Source of the DNA: Eledone cirrhosa
Lineage: Eukaryota
Reading direction: 5' to 3'
DNA: 64,000 nucleotides
NCBI GenBank assembly: GCA_964016885.1
Contig: OZ024742.1
Span: 94,426,001-94,490,000 of the forward strand
The notes beneath the pieces are model-generated. The model worked only from the letters and a program-made list of their open reading frames with translations. It had not been told where the DNA came from and did not search any database. The position numbers and the translations under genes are program-made. Positions 24,823 to 39,698 of the stretch are shown here, one piece after another (positions within the stretch are counted from its first letter, which is position 1; each line of letters starts with the position of its first letter).

Positions 24823-27006
24823 ATAGATAGGCTTGGTGGCCTGACAGTTTGCAAACCATAATTTGGTACTGTTTCCTTATGTGGTGTTAAAGATTTTTGA
24901 ACGAGGGGATAGTGAGAAATTTATCCATGCTAACTTAGGTGAGATGAGTTGTCCCATTGTAAATCATCTCAGGTCAGATAACCATGTCTTGTTCATACAG
25001 AACTGTATCTGACTTTGTTTCTGCAGCTGAATGAATAATTTTATAATTGTTGCATTAAATATAACCAGTTTTGAATGATATAATGTTCTTATCAACTATT
25101 AATTATTAAATATTTTTAAAATGTTTTTTCATATATTCTGAGAGCTGTGTGTGTGTGTGCGTGCGCGCATGTGTGTGTGCATGCACATGTGTGTGTGTAC
25201 GTGCATGCATGTGTATGTGCACGTGTGTGTATCTACATGTTTGTTTATCTCTTCACATTCAAAATTGTAGGTTGTGATATTTATTTACATATGAAAACAG
25301 TGATCCTGCTGCATGACAATTACATATAATGTGTAAAGATATATGGATTCGCATCTGGAAGAGGATCTAGGTGTACAATTCTACCTCAAAATCTATCATT
25401 CAATCCATGCCAATATGGAAACATGAACATGAAACTGTTGAGGGTTGTGTTGTATTGAATAATTATCAGATATTTTATGTCATGTTAATACAATTTTGTG
25501 TGCGAATCACTTGTTTTGAAATATATTCTGATATTGGGAAGGTGATAACTATGTAACTTCATATTTTCATTTATGCTGCTATCAATCTTGTTCCTTTTGC
25601 TGCAAATTCATGTATAACATTTTTTGTTTGTATTATTTCTAAATGATATTGTTTATCATTGTTTATAAGAGTATTTCGAAGACATTTTCTAAAATGCATT
25701 TATAAATTTATAAATAAAAAAAAAAATTAGCTTTGTCCAGATTTGCAACTATTCTTATTCTCTGGATACATTCACATTTGTTTTGTGAAATATTTCTCTA
25801 TGAGGAGGACACATTCAATTTGACCTGCATTCTGGCCATGACCATCATACCTTCATTCTGGCATATTATGTTCAGCATTAACTCATCCTGCAACATTTAA
25901 CTATTTATTAAGATGGTTGTAGAGTATGTGAAGAAGACTTAGCTGCAATATCTTGTTAGTTGAATGATAGTATAGAGGTATACTCACTGGTTTGTAAATA
26001 TAAATGTTATATGAGTGAGTGTGTGTGTGTGTGTGTGAGAAAGAGTGAGTCTGTACAAGTGTGTTTGTGTATGTGTGTATGAGCAGGTTTTTGTGTGTGC
26101 ATGTATGGTAGGTTTATGTATCTGTACATATGCATATGAGCATTTCTCTATATAAGTGTGTCTTTGAATATGTCTATCTGTATTTGAGTATGTAAATATA
26201 CGTGCATATGATGCGTGTATATGTGAGTGTGTGTGTGTGTATTATGTTTAATAAAAGACAGACACATTAAATATGATAAATGATATTGAGATTGTCCATT
26301 TGATAAATTATATCGTTGCAGCATTTGTCAGCTCTTGTGGTACATAATTGCTTCATGTGATAAAAGATACAAAATATGTCTATATGCTAAATTATATAGA
26401 CATACCTATTATTTATACTATATATATTATATGCTAGTGGACCCATGTCATCAATAATGATGAAAATAGTATTGAACATATTTTATTTATGAAGTTTTGG
26501 ATAGGTATATAATATATACCAGGATTGGTATATAATATATACCAGGATTACTACATATATGAACAATCATACAAGCTGGGAATTTGAGATTTCATGAATT
26601 AATGGTTTGTATAAAAGAAACCCTATAGTTTATGTTAATTACTGACATGTGGAAGTGATTAAAGATAAGAAGATATTTAAATAATTTATTTCATGTATAT
26701 AATTACACAAATATTCAGCACATATTAACAAACGACATACAGGATTAAATGTATGAGTAACATTGGAGAAATAACTATTTACTGATACAAATGTAAGATT
26801 ACAAGTCAAAACCTTGTAATTGGAAGACCAAAAATAGAACAAAAGCAATTGAGAAGACAAGGTAAAAGCTGATCTCAGGATATTGAACCTCACAAAAGAG
26901 ATGACAGAGTAAATAAACATGGGGTTGAGAAACTGAACAAGAGAAATCTCATCTAACTCATGTGTGCATGGAAACACAAGTATAAAAGTGATATATATAT
27001 ATATAT

Positions 27007-27600
27007 GATGGCTGCCCCCTCGTTATCGAGTATGGATATTGCATGATATACCATTATTAATAATTGTTAATTAATTCTATTGTGCAATGCCTGTGCGTGA
27101 AGATATTTTTTTAAGTGAGGAAAGACTGTGCACTGAGCTAATCCCACTCTCTGAGCGACAGTAGCTATAACCCGAAAAGAAGAAAAGATCAACATCATCG
27201 GTAACTACTGAGCCGCAGGTTTTATATCGGAGTTATCCCAGTTTCCTGAGTTGCCTTCTCCTAGATGAATGCCCTGACAAAAGCTAGGGGTCCTTCACTC
27301 CCAGTGGTTTAACCGTGCGATCAGGTGTCCAGCCCGACTATTTCTATGTCCCTGCGCATATACACACACATACACCCATGTATATACACATATACATATA
27401 CATACAGATGTACTTGTATATATACATATTTACACACTTTTGGATGGCTGTTGACCTTTATGAGTTCTTCCGCCCTTTGTCAGGTATTGTTTTTTGTTCT
27501 GCAGGGTGTCCAAAATCACCCTCATCACCAACTAAACTTGGTGGGGTTGCCGGTTTAGTCGCCAACGACCCGACCATGCGACAGGTTGTACTGGGTTACA
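27007..27600 (-). mobile_element. Probable RTE-related non-autonomous repeat (a related decayed copy at about 30415-30840)
   Basis: Shared ..tgacaaa.gcta.ggg..ctccca.tg..ttttggatggc segments in both loci; family assignment tentative. Confidence 0.4.
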
Positions 27601-28527
27601 TGTATATATATATCCACCATCATCATCATCACCATGTAACGTCCCTTTTTCCATGCTAGCATGGGCTAGAAGCGCTGTCCTATTGTATGACAAGTCAGAT
27701 CAGATAACCATGTCTCGCCCATACAGAAACCGTTCAGGCTTCGTTATATGTTATTATAAGTTTCCATTCTGTCAAAGTAAATAAATGTTAGATGTAAAGT
27801 GAAGTTAATAGTTTTTGTATGTTTTTCAAAGCTTAAATGACTCTTCCACAATTTAATCGCTGTAGTTTCAACACACGATCTCAGATCAAGTGACTTACCA
27901 GACAAGTACAACACTGAAATTTAGTTGCAATAGATAATAAAAAAGAAAACAAACAAGTAAATTATCTCTACAAATCACAATGGGTTTTCTATATCAATTG
28001 CTTAGATCCAAATTCTTTAAAGCGTAACAGATGCTAGATGAGATCTATTTTTGAATAAAAAACATTATTTAATGCATACTAACCACAAATGATCTGATAT
28101 CTCTTCTCTTGAGATCATAGTTTACTGGAGTTTGGGAAGTTAGGTTATTGTTGATGTTGTTGTCATTTGGCTGCAAGTTGGCCAAGCAAGACCTATAATC
28201 AATGGCAATGAAGCTATGACTATTCTGTCTTTTTTATTGATAATTCTCTCACCACCACAACCACCACCACAACCATCATCACCATCACCAGTACTACTAA
28301 CATAACTAACCATCATCATCATTACCATCACAATCAAAACGTCATTATCATCATCACCATCGCCTTCATTACCACTATCATATTCATGTCATTTTTCCAT
28401 GCTGGTAGGGATTGAAGAGGAACTTTTGAAGCAGTAATTTACAGAGTTCAGCTTTGAGACCTAATGGAATACCAGATGCACATTTGAAATCTTAAAGCAT
28501 AAGTAGATACTATAGAACATTAGGAAG

Positions 28528-28685
28528 GTTATGTGGACTAGAAGTTACAGTGTATGGTGTATGATCATAGAGTTGTGAGTTTAATTTCAAGAACGGGTGG
28601 TGCCTTATGTCCTTGAGCAAGGTATTTTATTTCATGCTACTCTTGTCCACTCAGATGGTAAAAATGAGCTGCAATGACACTGGTA
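28528..28685 (+). mobile_element. Decayed SINE A head
   Basis: gttgtgagtttaatt..tgtccttgagcaaggtattttatttca. Confidence 0.6.
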
Positions 28686-28704
28686 TTAATTCAAATATAT
28701 ATAT

Positions 28705-28866
<162 letters not shown>

Positions 28867-28871
28867 GTATA

Positions 28872-28944
<73 letters not shown>

Positions 28945-29826
28945 ATGTGTGTGTATATATACATATATACATATATATATATATATACAAACACAAACAC
29001 ACACATATATATATATATACACACACATATATATATATATGTAAATATACATACAGACACACACATACACCCATATATATATATATATACACACACACAC
29101 ATATATATATATATACACACACACATGTATATATATAAATATGAAAAGACGACAGCATTGCTAATGGTTGTATATGAACTATACGCATTTTGGTTCATAA
29201 ATTTCTACTAAACCGTCTGGCATGACTCTACCAAGATTATATATAAATAAACGAAATATTTTGAAAAAAGAAATTTTCAGAAACTTAAAAAAAGTTCAAT
29301 GGTGTACTGTAGAGTTTCTTATAAAGCAAGTATACATACACACACATATAAAAACACAGAAAAATACACACACATACACAAACAAAGATGCACACTCAAA
29401 TACACAAACTTTCACAAACACAGGCACATATAAACACATACAGTGTGGAAATGGAATAATTTCAAACACATCCAAGAACCCACACATACACCCCTCTCAA
29501 AGTACACCATATACAAAACAAAATAAAACGAAAAAAAAAAAATCCGCCAAGCTATCTGTGAAGACATCATGGCTGTGACAACTTCGCACATTAACCAGCA
29601 TGCAACTGACATCAGGTGATTTATCACCAAAGATTCATTGGCTGGTAATAATGATCATCGAAAATGTGATGATGAAGAGGTGGAGGTGAACGGGATATGA
29701 TGATGATGATGTTGGTTCCAGAAATTAATATCAATATTATTATTATATACATATGCATATCTCTCTCTCTCCCTATATATATATATATATCTGTGTATAT
29801 GTATATATGTATATATATATATATAT

Positions 29827-29903
<77 letters not shown>

Positions 29904-30015
29904 AGTTATGCATATATACACACACACACACACACATATATATATATTGTAGTTGTTATTAATAATATCATTATTGCTGCGATCATATTTTTTTTTAGAT
30001 ATTGTTATCATTGAT

Positions 30016-30057
<42 letters not shown>

Positions 30058-30059
30058 GC

Positions 30060-30123
<64 letters not shown>

Positions 30124-30295
30124 ATTATTATTATTATTATTATTATCATTCTTATTATCGTTGTTGTTCTTGTTATAAAAAGTTTCTCATGATTTGATGT
30201 TTTTTAAACTTCAAATCAAAAGAAAATACTGTTTGATAACTTTCACTGTAGATTATAAAAATGATACATACATACATAAATGCATACATATATAC

Positions 30296-30382
<87 letters not shown>

Positions 30383-30916
30383 AATGCATATATATATATA
30401 TATATAGATATACATGGTGGCTTCCAACTCGTTTTCGAGTACGGCCACTACTTTATATCCATGTAGGAGAACTGCTACTGATACGCTGAACGAGTGTGAC
30501 TTTTTTGTCCAGCCAGCGACTTGGAAACTCTGGTACAAACACTACACTTGTGACAATTATTGACACAGTGCTGGGCCCATGGTACCATGTGACGACAAGT
30601 GCAGAGAGATCTCCAGATATAAAGCAATGCCTGTGCCGTGAAGCTTTTATAGTGAGCAAAGACACTGCACAAAGCCAGTCCGACTCTCTTAATCAAGATG
30701 ATATTTACCAAAAAGAAGAACAAGTCAACATCATTGGATACCATCAGAGTTGCAGGTGTTATATCAGAGTTTTCCTTGTCCTAGAATTCTGCCTTGACAA
30801 AGGCTAAGGGGTAATCTCTCCCACTGATTTTGGATGGCCATTATATATATGTACATACATATATATATACATACATATATATATACATACATATATATAT
30901 ATACATACATATACAT

Positions 30917-30959
<43 letters not shown>

Positions 30960-31006
30960 CATATATACATACACACATATATATATATACATACATATAT
31001 ATATAC

Positions 31007-31125
31007 ATGGATTAGTGGTTAGAACATTGGCCTTGCAATCGAAAGGTTGTGAGTTCAATTCTCAGACCGGGTGATGTGTTGTTTCCTTGAGCAAGACACT
31101 TTATTTCACATTGCTCCATTTTACT
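31007..31125 (+). mobile_element. SINE family A head, partial
   Basis: Matches 5017-5135. Confidence 0.8.
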
Positions 31126-31520
31126 TACCATATATATATACATACATGCATACATACATGCATGCATACATACATATCCATGCATATATACATATATACA
31201 TTAGTTATTGATGATTTGTAGCAGGAGCTTGTTGAGAATGGTGATGATGATAGTTTTGATGATGGTGATAATGGTGATGATGATGATAGTTTTGATGATG
31301 ACGGAGATAGCAGTAGTGGTGGTAATAATGATGATGATGATAGCAGTCTTATGTCTGAAATACAGCTTGTAACTTTTGATTAAGTGTAATGAAAGAATGA
31401 ATATACCATATTACTTATACATTTGTCATTCAATAGCTATGTGGCACTAGGACACCTAAAATATGTGAATCTAAATATGTGTATGTGTGTAAAATGAATA
31501 ACATATATATATATATATAT

Positions 31521-31697
31521 AACAAAGGCAATGTGGTAAGGAACCAGATGGACCATAACGCACCAAAGTACTCAATACTTAGGTTAGTAGAGTGGGTAAT
31601 AGGAACAAGTATGACCCCGACGGCAGAGCTCAAGCCGTTCCGACGGCTGATTAGCCGTCGAAACGACTTGAGCTCTGCCGTCGGGGTCATACTTGTT

Positions 31698-31702
<5 letters not shown>
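31521..31702. mobile_element. Fold-back element in (TA)n: tail 31521-31598, palindrome 31599-31702
   Basis: About 50-bp arms centred on gacggct gatt agccgtc, followed by GAAAcgac. Confidence 0.8.
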
Positions 31703-31758
<56 letters not shown>

Positions 31759-32159
31759 ATGTTTACACATCTATCTTAACCTCTGTTCTTACTCTTTCTC
31801 TCTCTCATATATATATATATACATAACATATACATTTATATATATTTGTATAGGTATGTATCTGCACATACATATACAAAGTGAAATGCATGTCTTTTAA
31901 ACTTTTTACTTAGACTGTCTTCCTTTTCTATTTTTCTTCCTCCTTTCCCCACATACTTCCCTTCCATTTCTGTTTTTCAATATATTAGTTTATAATTCAC
32001 TTTATCTCTCTATGTATCTTCTAACTCTCTTCTATCAATTATGCTATGCACACAAAGGGAAACATGCATTAGACATGCATACCTTAAATATATATTCATA
32101 CATACATACATATATAACCAGACACACAACCACACAGACATATATATATACATATACAT

Positions 32160-32216
<57 letters not shown>

Positions 32217-32278
32217 TACAAACAGATATATATATATATACACACACGCATATATATATATATCACACCCGCATATAT

Positions 32279-32357
<79 letters not shown>

Positions 32358-32884
32358 AATACATATATAAAAACTATACAATATTAAAACAACAAAAATC
32401 CCACACAAAACTAAGAACATGCATGATACAAACGTACATGAAATAATAAATACATAGCAAAGAATCTATACATACATATATGTATAGAAAAGTATATACA
32501 TATTTATAGGGATATAAGGTTGGAAATAGGAATTTAAAAAAACATACAAAGTTAAAAAAAGATGGCCATTAAATTCATTCATTTTAAATTTCAATATATT
32601 TGGGTTGATATTTCTTTCTTTTTCAGCTCTTATTTCGTTATTTTATAATCAACTTTTCATTGAAAATGGTGTTGATAAAGTTATTCGTTTCTGACTGAGA
32701 AATTTTGTGGAGGTAGGAAAAGGTAGGGCCAGATTTTCTGGAATTCTCGTGAAAGATTGATGTGTGCTGAACAGTCTGCTGCACACATTTCATCTGGACG
32801 AATATTTATCATCCATCATACAACAAACCTGCTCCAACTCGGCAGAGGTATATATATAAATATATATACATACACATCTCTCTC

Positions 32885-32945
<61 letters not shown>

Positions 32946-33129
32946 CATGAATATATATAACTCGTGCAAAAGGAATACCATGGTCGGTATTCAAATTCCA
33001 TTTTTAATTTCTACAATTGTTTCTATGTAGATAAATGTAGCACCAGTATAGTAAATCACTCAATTTTACCAGTTCAACAATTGACAATCAATAATTTAAA
33101 TGCATATATGTTTATATATACATACATTG

Positions 33130-33174
<45 letters not shown>

Positions 33175-33178
<4 letters not shown>

Positions 33179-33821
33179 TATTTGGGGAGGGTCATATTTG
33201 CGTAATATTGCCAGAATTAATAACAGAACACACTCACTGTTTGGTTGGTTTTCGCTTCTCGCTGTCTTTTATATATATATATCTGCGATCTAACTTACTC
33301 GGTCCTCAATGTTGCCATTGACTGACCGGCGGTCAAAAATAATACAGATACAATATAGACAAACACATATATATATAGTTTACATAAATCTTTCGTTGCA
33401 CATCTGCAACATCGTCAGTGGTGTTATATTCATTGTTCCTCCTGTTGTGTTGTATGTCTACGCCATTTTTTTGGCGTAGACATACAACACAACAGGAGGA
33501 ACAATGAATATAACACCACTGACGATGTTGCAGATGTGCAACGAAAGATTTATGTAAACTATATATATATGTGTTTGTCTATATTGTATCTGTATTATTT
33601 TTGACCGCCGGTCAGTCAATGGCAACATTGAGGACCGAGTAAGTTAGATCGCAGATATATATATATAAAAGACAGCGAGAAGCGAAAACCAACCAAACAG
33701 TGAGTGTGTTCTGTTATTAATTCTGGCAATATTACGCAAATATGACCCTCCCCAAATATAACAATATCTGTTTCGACACACGATTTCATATAAAAAACCT
33801 CGCAAAACTAATTCATCGCCG

Positions 33822-33822
<1 letters not shown>
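33175..33822. mobile_element. Fold-back PLE pLTR pair: arms 33175-33465 and 33472-33762, tail 33763-33822
   Basis: 291-bp arms; terminus and tail homologous to the GIY-YIG PLE; hammerhead-like CTGACGA t gttgca gatg tgcaac GAAA gatt TA at 33519-33552 plus a mirror copy. Confidence 0.88.
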
Positions 33823-33877
<55 letters not shown>

Positions 33878-33969
33878 ATTTATATGCATATCTGTATTTG
33901 CATATATAGGTATATTTTTATGCATTTATATATATTTATGTGTATATATATATATTTATGTTCTATATG

Positions 33970-34000
<31 letters not shown>

Positions 34001-34120
34001 CATATATATATGTATGCACATATATATATATTTATGCACGCATATATATATATATAATATATATTTAGCTACAGATATATACATATGTATATGAATACAC
34101 ATCTTCATTTACATATATGT

Positions 34121-35028
34121 ATATGAATGTATATATAGTGTATTTTGCAATACACTGTATGCTTAATTAAAAGCATTTCGAAGACCTTACGCTATTGTTT
34201 TAGAGTAGTGACAGTCTCACTTACTTTAATTTTCAGCAAACAGGGGAGATAAAGCTGACAGAGCTCTGTTTCGCACTTTTTGGTGCTTATCAAAGCTAAC
34301 TGCTCGGCCTGTTTGCTGAAAATCATGAATGTTTGATTCTTATAGAATTCATATATATTTATCGCTATTTCAGAGCACCAATTCTAATTTTCAATTTCTG
34401 CTTGACCGGCAACCGCTTTGTATAATCAGTTCCTGATTATTACTAGAATTCTATAAGAATCAAACATTCATGATTTTCAGCAAACAGGCGGAATAGTTAG
34501 CTTTAATAAGCACCAAAAAGTGCGAAAAAGGGCTCTGTCAGCTTTATCTCCCCTGTTTGCTGAAAATTAAAGTAAGTGAGACTGTCACTATTCTAAAACA
34601 ATAGCGTAAGGTCTTCGAAATGCTTTTAATTAAGCATACAGTGTATTGCAAAATACACAATAGATACATTCATATATATATGGCTATTTCAGAGCACCAA
34701 TTCTAATCTTGAATTTCTGCTTGACCGGCAACCGCTCTGTATAATCAGTTCCTGATTATTACTAGAATTCTATAAGAATCAAACATTCATGATTTTCAGC
34801 AAACAGACGGAGTAGTTAGCTTTGATAAGCACCAAAAAGTGCGAAACAGGGCTCTGTCAGCTTTATCTCCCCTGTTTGCTGAAAATTAAAGTAAGTGAGA
34901 CTGTCACTACTCTAAAACAATAGCGTAAGGTTTTCGAAATGCTTTTAATTAAGCATACAGTGTATTGCAAAATACACTATATATACATTCATATATATAT
35001 ATCGCTATTTCAGAGCATCAATGCTAAT
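34121..35028 (+). mobile_element. Retrozyme-like element: inverted partial unit (34121-34350), two tandem 319-bp units and a short tail
   Basis: gaattctataag recurs at 34446 and 34765; each unit has a hammerhead motif. Confidence 0.85.
34792..34885 (+). ncRNA. Type I hammerhead, U3-A8 core variant, with extended stem I
   Basis: ttttcagcaaacag..agct TTGATAA gcac caaaaa gtgc GAAA cagggctctg TC agct..ctgtttgctgaaaa; intact-core inverted copy at about 34253-34296 (-), mutated copy at about 34499-34543. Confidence 0.8.
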
Positions 35029-35071
35029 ATATGTACATGTATAGATATATGCATATATCTGTAATCTAAAG

Positions 35072-35312
35072 TTTTCGAATATTAATAATAACATTCGATT
35101 CGTTTGCAATTATGCAAACAAGCCTCAATTTTATAGCCATGTCAGTAGAATGAACACTTCATTCTTGCTCTTGTGTTGGCATGCGAACAGAACTGCAGTT
35201 CAAAATTGAGGCTTGTTTGCATAATTGCAAACGTATCGAATTTTATTATTAATATTCGAAAATCTCAGTTTACATTTATTGTATTCAGTCATGTAGAGCG
35301 AAATTTTCTTTT
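35072..35312. mobile_element. Fold-back element: arms 35072-35132 and 35202-35262, tail to about 35312
   Basis: 61-bp imperfect inverted arms next to TA-rich tracts. Confidence 0.7.
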
Positions 35313-35325
35313 TTATATGTACATA

Positions 35326-35384
<59 letters not shown>

Positions 35385-35388
<4 letters not shown>

Positions 35389-35968
35389 GTTTCTACTTTT
35401 GGCACAAGGCCAGAAATTATTCTAGTGCATTACTGGTACTTTATTTCATCGACCCGTAAGGATGAAAGTCAATGTTAACCGCGGCACGATTTGAACTCAA
35501 ACCATAAAGGGGCATAACTCTATGCTGCAAAGCATGGCGTCCGACCGTCTACCGATACTGCCAATCCACTGCCCTGAGGTAAACAAGAATAATACAATTG
35601 TTTCTACTATTGGCACAAGGCCAGCAATTACTCAGTACATTACTGGTACTTTATTTTATCGACCCCGTAAGGATGAAAGGCAAAGTTAATCTCGACGGGA
35701 TTTGAACTCAGAATGGCAAGGGCCGTAACTCTATGCGTCAAAGCAAGGCGTCCGACCCTCTACCGATACTGCCAATTCACCGTAATATAATTGTTTCTAC
35801 TTTTGGCACAAGGCCAGCAATTACCCAGTGCATTACTGGTACTTTATTTTATCGACCCCGTAAGGATGAAAGGCAAAGTTAACCTCTGTGGAACTTGAAC
35901 TCAGAATGGCAAAGCCCGTAACTCTATGCGTCAAAGCATGGCGTCCGACCCTCTACCGATACTGCCAA
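35385..35968 (-). mobile_element. Three head-to-tail SINE family B copies
   Basis: Units at about 35385-35572, 35596-35782 and 35788-35968. Confidence 0.9.
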
Positions 35969-36199
35969 CCGTAATATAATGTTTCTATCCTAGTACTAGT
36001 TGGATCTCTGTGTACTCAGTAGGTAAGGTTATGTATAAATCCCAGAGGACATGCAAAGTTATTTGCCTCGATACAACACACATAAATGGGTACCATACAT
36101 TTTAACCTGTACTCAAGTTTCTGTCACACTTAATGCAGTAAGAGAGTGTATAGCATCCATTGTCTGCAATTATTATGCAATGATGCACAACCAGTACAT

Positions 36200-36965
36200 T
36201 GGCTTCATCAGCAGGTTGCACCTAATCAATAACTAATTGATCGATATGATTCAATACCAGTCCATGTTGGCTATGGCAGTAAATGGGACAGGCAACACAG
36301 CAGTACAGTAGTAACTGAAATCCCTCCATGTCATCAAACTGGACATGACATCGAGTCAGAGTCATGAACTCAAATAGGCAGGCTTCTTTGCAAAGAATTT
36401 GATCTTAGCACCACTAACCTTTTTCAATAACATACAAACCATATGACAATATAGATGCATCTTGATCCTAGGGTTGGCTGATGACTGACTATATCCTAAT
36501 ACTCAAACTTGACGCAAGATATTTCAAAATCACTTATTCTTTTCACTCTTTTTCCTATCTTTCAGAACATGCACTGCTGCACAGTAAGATTTTATTCAAT
36601 CTTTCCCCCAAAAAGGCGTCTTCTAAAATCTTACCCAAATTCCATGTGAGTGCTTTCAAATCCACAAATAGGAAGCTGGAACTTTCTACAAAACTTTATT
36701 CATCCCTTTACTCGTTCCAGATTTCTGAAACAATTGAGGCTTCCTTGAAAGTGCTCAAAGATACAACCAATGTAGCCTCCATAGAAATCTTAGGATTTCT
36801 TATGAGAAAACACCAGGACTTGTCTGACGAAAGCAACTCAGATGTCCAGAATCTTATCAGTAAGATGAATAACCTACAGTCTACAATTAGAAAGAAATCT
36901 TTTAAGGATTGTAAGTATCAGGAAAAGTTGTCAGGAAGATGAAAGTTGCCTGGTGGGCAGCTAAA
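36200..36965 (+). mobile_element. Very decayed RTE-like endonuclease/linker fragment
   Basis: LALTN.F, MTDYIL, EILGFLMRKHQDLSDESNSDVQNLI remnants. Confidence 0.45.
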
Positions 36966-37099
36966 CCAGTTGTTGATAAAACGGACTCCTATAATTGGCC
37001 TTCTAGTGTATTGATGTTAATTACTTTATGTTCTGTATTTAGTTCACTTATAAGTAGTAATCTAATCTGTCTGTAGAACTATTTGCTAAACTTTTCTTT

Positions 37100-38110
37100 C
37101 ATCTGTCTAGTTCGTTGATTCCTAATGTTTAAATGTCTGTGTTGGATCTAATTCTCTTATCTCAATTTATTTATCTAGCATGATATTAATGTTTATCATT
37201 AGTTTACCTCTCGTTCAAATGTCATGCCTATGTTTTTTGTGAAATCATGTACAGTCTGTAGCAGTGTTTCAAGTTGTCTCCCATCTGCAGCATATATCTA
37301 ATGATCATTCATACACATGAGTTGGTTAATATTCTTGTTGAAATATTTATACCCAATCAAGTTCTCTTTAGTGTCTCAGAGAATGGTGTCAGTGCTGGGC
37401 AGAACAGCAGTAATGATAAGGAGTACCCTTGATTTGTATAGGCTCAGCTTTTATAGTTCCATCCTTCATTTGCATCTGCAGAAGTGTTTTCCACTTACCC
37501 ATGACAAGCTTCATAAATGTTTTTATTATCGGCACTGCTTTATTCGTGGCTAATGTCTTCTGTATCCATGCGTGAGAACATTGTCAAACGCCTCCTGGTA
37601 GCTATTTCATGCCTTGCTGAATTTTTTCTGCAGTTTTTAGTTATGCATTTATTGTTAAGCAATAATTCTTTACAACTATATATGACTTAGCAGCGTCCTT
37701 TTTTGTTATTTTGGAAATAATCTGTTTTTCTATGTGTTTAGTCAGTTTCTGCAGTATTATTGCAGTTAAATATTTGTATGAATTTGGAAGGTATCTTATG
37801 GGCCTGTGGACTTTTGGGGTTTGCATTATTCTTGGAGATCAGGGTCGTTTTCCTCTTAGTGAGCCAATTAGGTGTTTTTCTAATTCTGTCAGCACCTCAC
37901 TAAACTTTTCTGCAAGCAGACCACGTATCACTACTAAATATTTCAGCCCAAAGTTTGGAATCTTGTCATGCTAAAGTGCCATCCAGTTGCTTGCTATTTT
38001 CGTGCTAGATACATCATCTGTTGTAATATCTTCCCACAGTTGTTCATAAACTCTGTTTTATGTTCTTGTTAATTCTTTGCATGGTAATTCCCCATCTTCG
38101 TGTTCCTCTT
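37100..38110 (-). mobile_element. Decayed R2/R4-type RT fragment
   Basis: HDKIPNFGLKYL, PKVHRPIRYLPNSYKYLTAII, YQEAFDNV remnants. Confidence 0.6.
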
Positions 38111-39280
38111 CCTTCACTGCCAAGAGCAATATTATGAAAATATTTCATAAGGCAATTTCTCTCACAATCAGCTACTCACACATTTACCCCACGTTCATCA
38201 TTACAGAGGTGATAGTTAAATAGCTGTATGCTATAACGCAAAAGACACATTCACCAACTCAACAGTAAAAATAAATGTGATGATAGGCCAGAGTTTGGCA
38301 ACTAAAATCAAACAAAGACAATATAGGTCTGGAAAGGACTCTCCAGACTGGACTGATATGTGGTGATCTCTTTAGTGCTAGTGCTACAATAAAATACATC
38401 CTGTAAAATGTTAGTGTTGGTACCATTATGAAATCCACCTAATGAATTTTATAATGTGGTAGTAAAGGTGTCACAAACAACACACCTGTAATAGTGTCAT
38501 GAAAAATGCACTGAGCATCTAGAATTAGAAATCATGCCAAATATAGAAGATTATGAGCAAGTGTAGTCACAACCAATTCATCTAATCTTGGACCATAATA
38601 ACCTGTCCAACCCATGCCAGTATGAACAGGGGACATAAAATGATGATGATGATAATGATGCATCTATATCCTTTGTATTTTTCTGATTTCCCTTCTTCTA
38701 TCTGATGGTGCACTCCATCATTAGATTTCAGGCTATTTGTCACACTGATATTTTTAATACATGTTCTGCAAGTCTCGTTCCTTTTCTAATATAATTTCTT
38801 CATATATTAAAAATAATTTTCTTATGTTGTCTTCGGTGGTTTACCTTTCTTTTCACAATATAAAACATTTGCCCCATCTACCCCCTCTCCACAAAAGAAA
38901 ACTAAAACAGAAGAACATACATGTTGAAACTATTAGTATCAATCATCTCTGATTATTTCAACAAAGTATGAAAATTGTTGGGTTTCTTTCCGATAATATT
39001 TGTATGTAAAGGATTAAATAATAACAAAAATCACGGAATTAGATAAACATTATCAAGTCTTTGAACTAGATAAATATGAAATCTCTGCTCATTTACTGTG
39101 TTAGAATGTATCATTATTATTATTATTATTATTTTTTTTTTCTTCAAGAGAATGAAGATTATCAATTAACTACATGCGTCAAAATATATGCCTGTGTGTA
39201 TGTGTGTATGCGTGTGACTAAGAGTATTCATACATAATGACTTCAATTACATTAGGTTAAGTGTTTACATATATATATAT

Positions 39281-39698
39281 ATATTATCAAGAAAACGAAA
39301 AATCAGTGATGCATCTGAACTTAGTATATTTCGTGTTACAAATGTTTCGCCGGCATGTAGCTCGAGTCATGGTCCTTGTATGGATCTGGCTGATTCTACT
39401 TCTGCGGGTTCTTTCAGACACGTCTGTTATGTCCGGAGCAAATTTTATCACGTGATAAAATTTGCTCCGGACATAACAGACGTGTCTGAAAGAACCCGCA
39501 GAAGTAGAATCAGCCAGATCCATACAAGGACCATGACTCGAGCTACATGCCGGCGAAACATTTGTAACACGAAATATACTAAGTTCAGATGCATCACTGA
39601 TTTTTCGTTTTCTTGATAATATCTACACTCTACTCTGATGAATATCGAGTGCTAATTTTGGCATACGGCCTACCGAAGCACCATAGCTAACACTATAC

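Noticed and set aside
32600-32860. Possible host exon
   Set aside because: No recognisable protein motif or consistent splice chain
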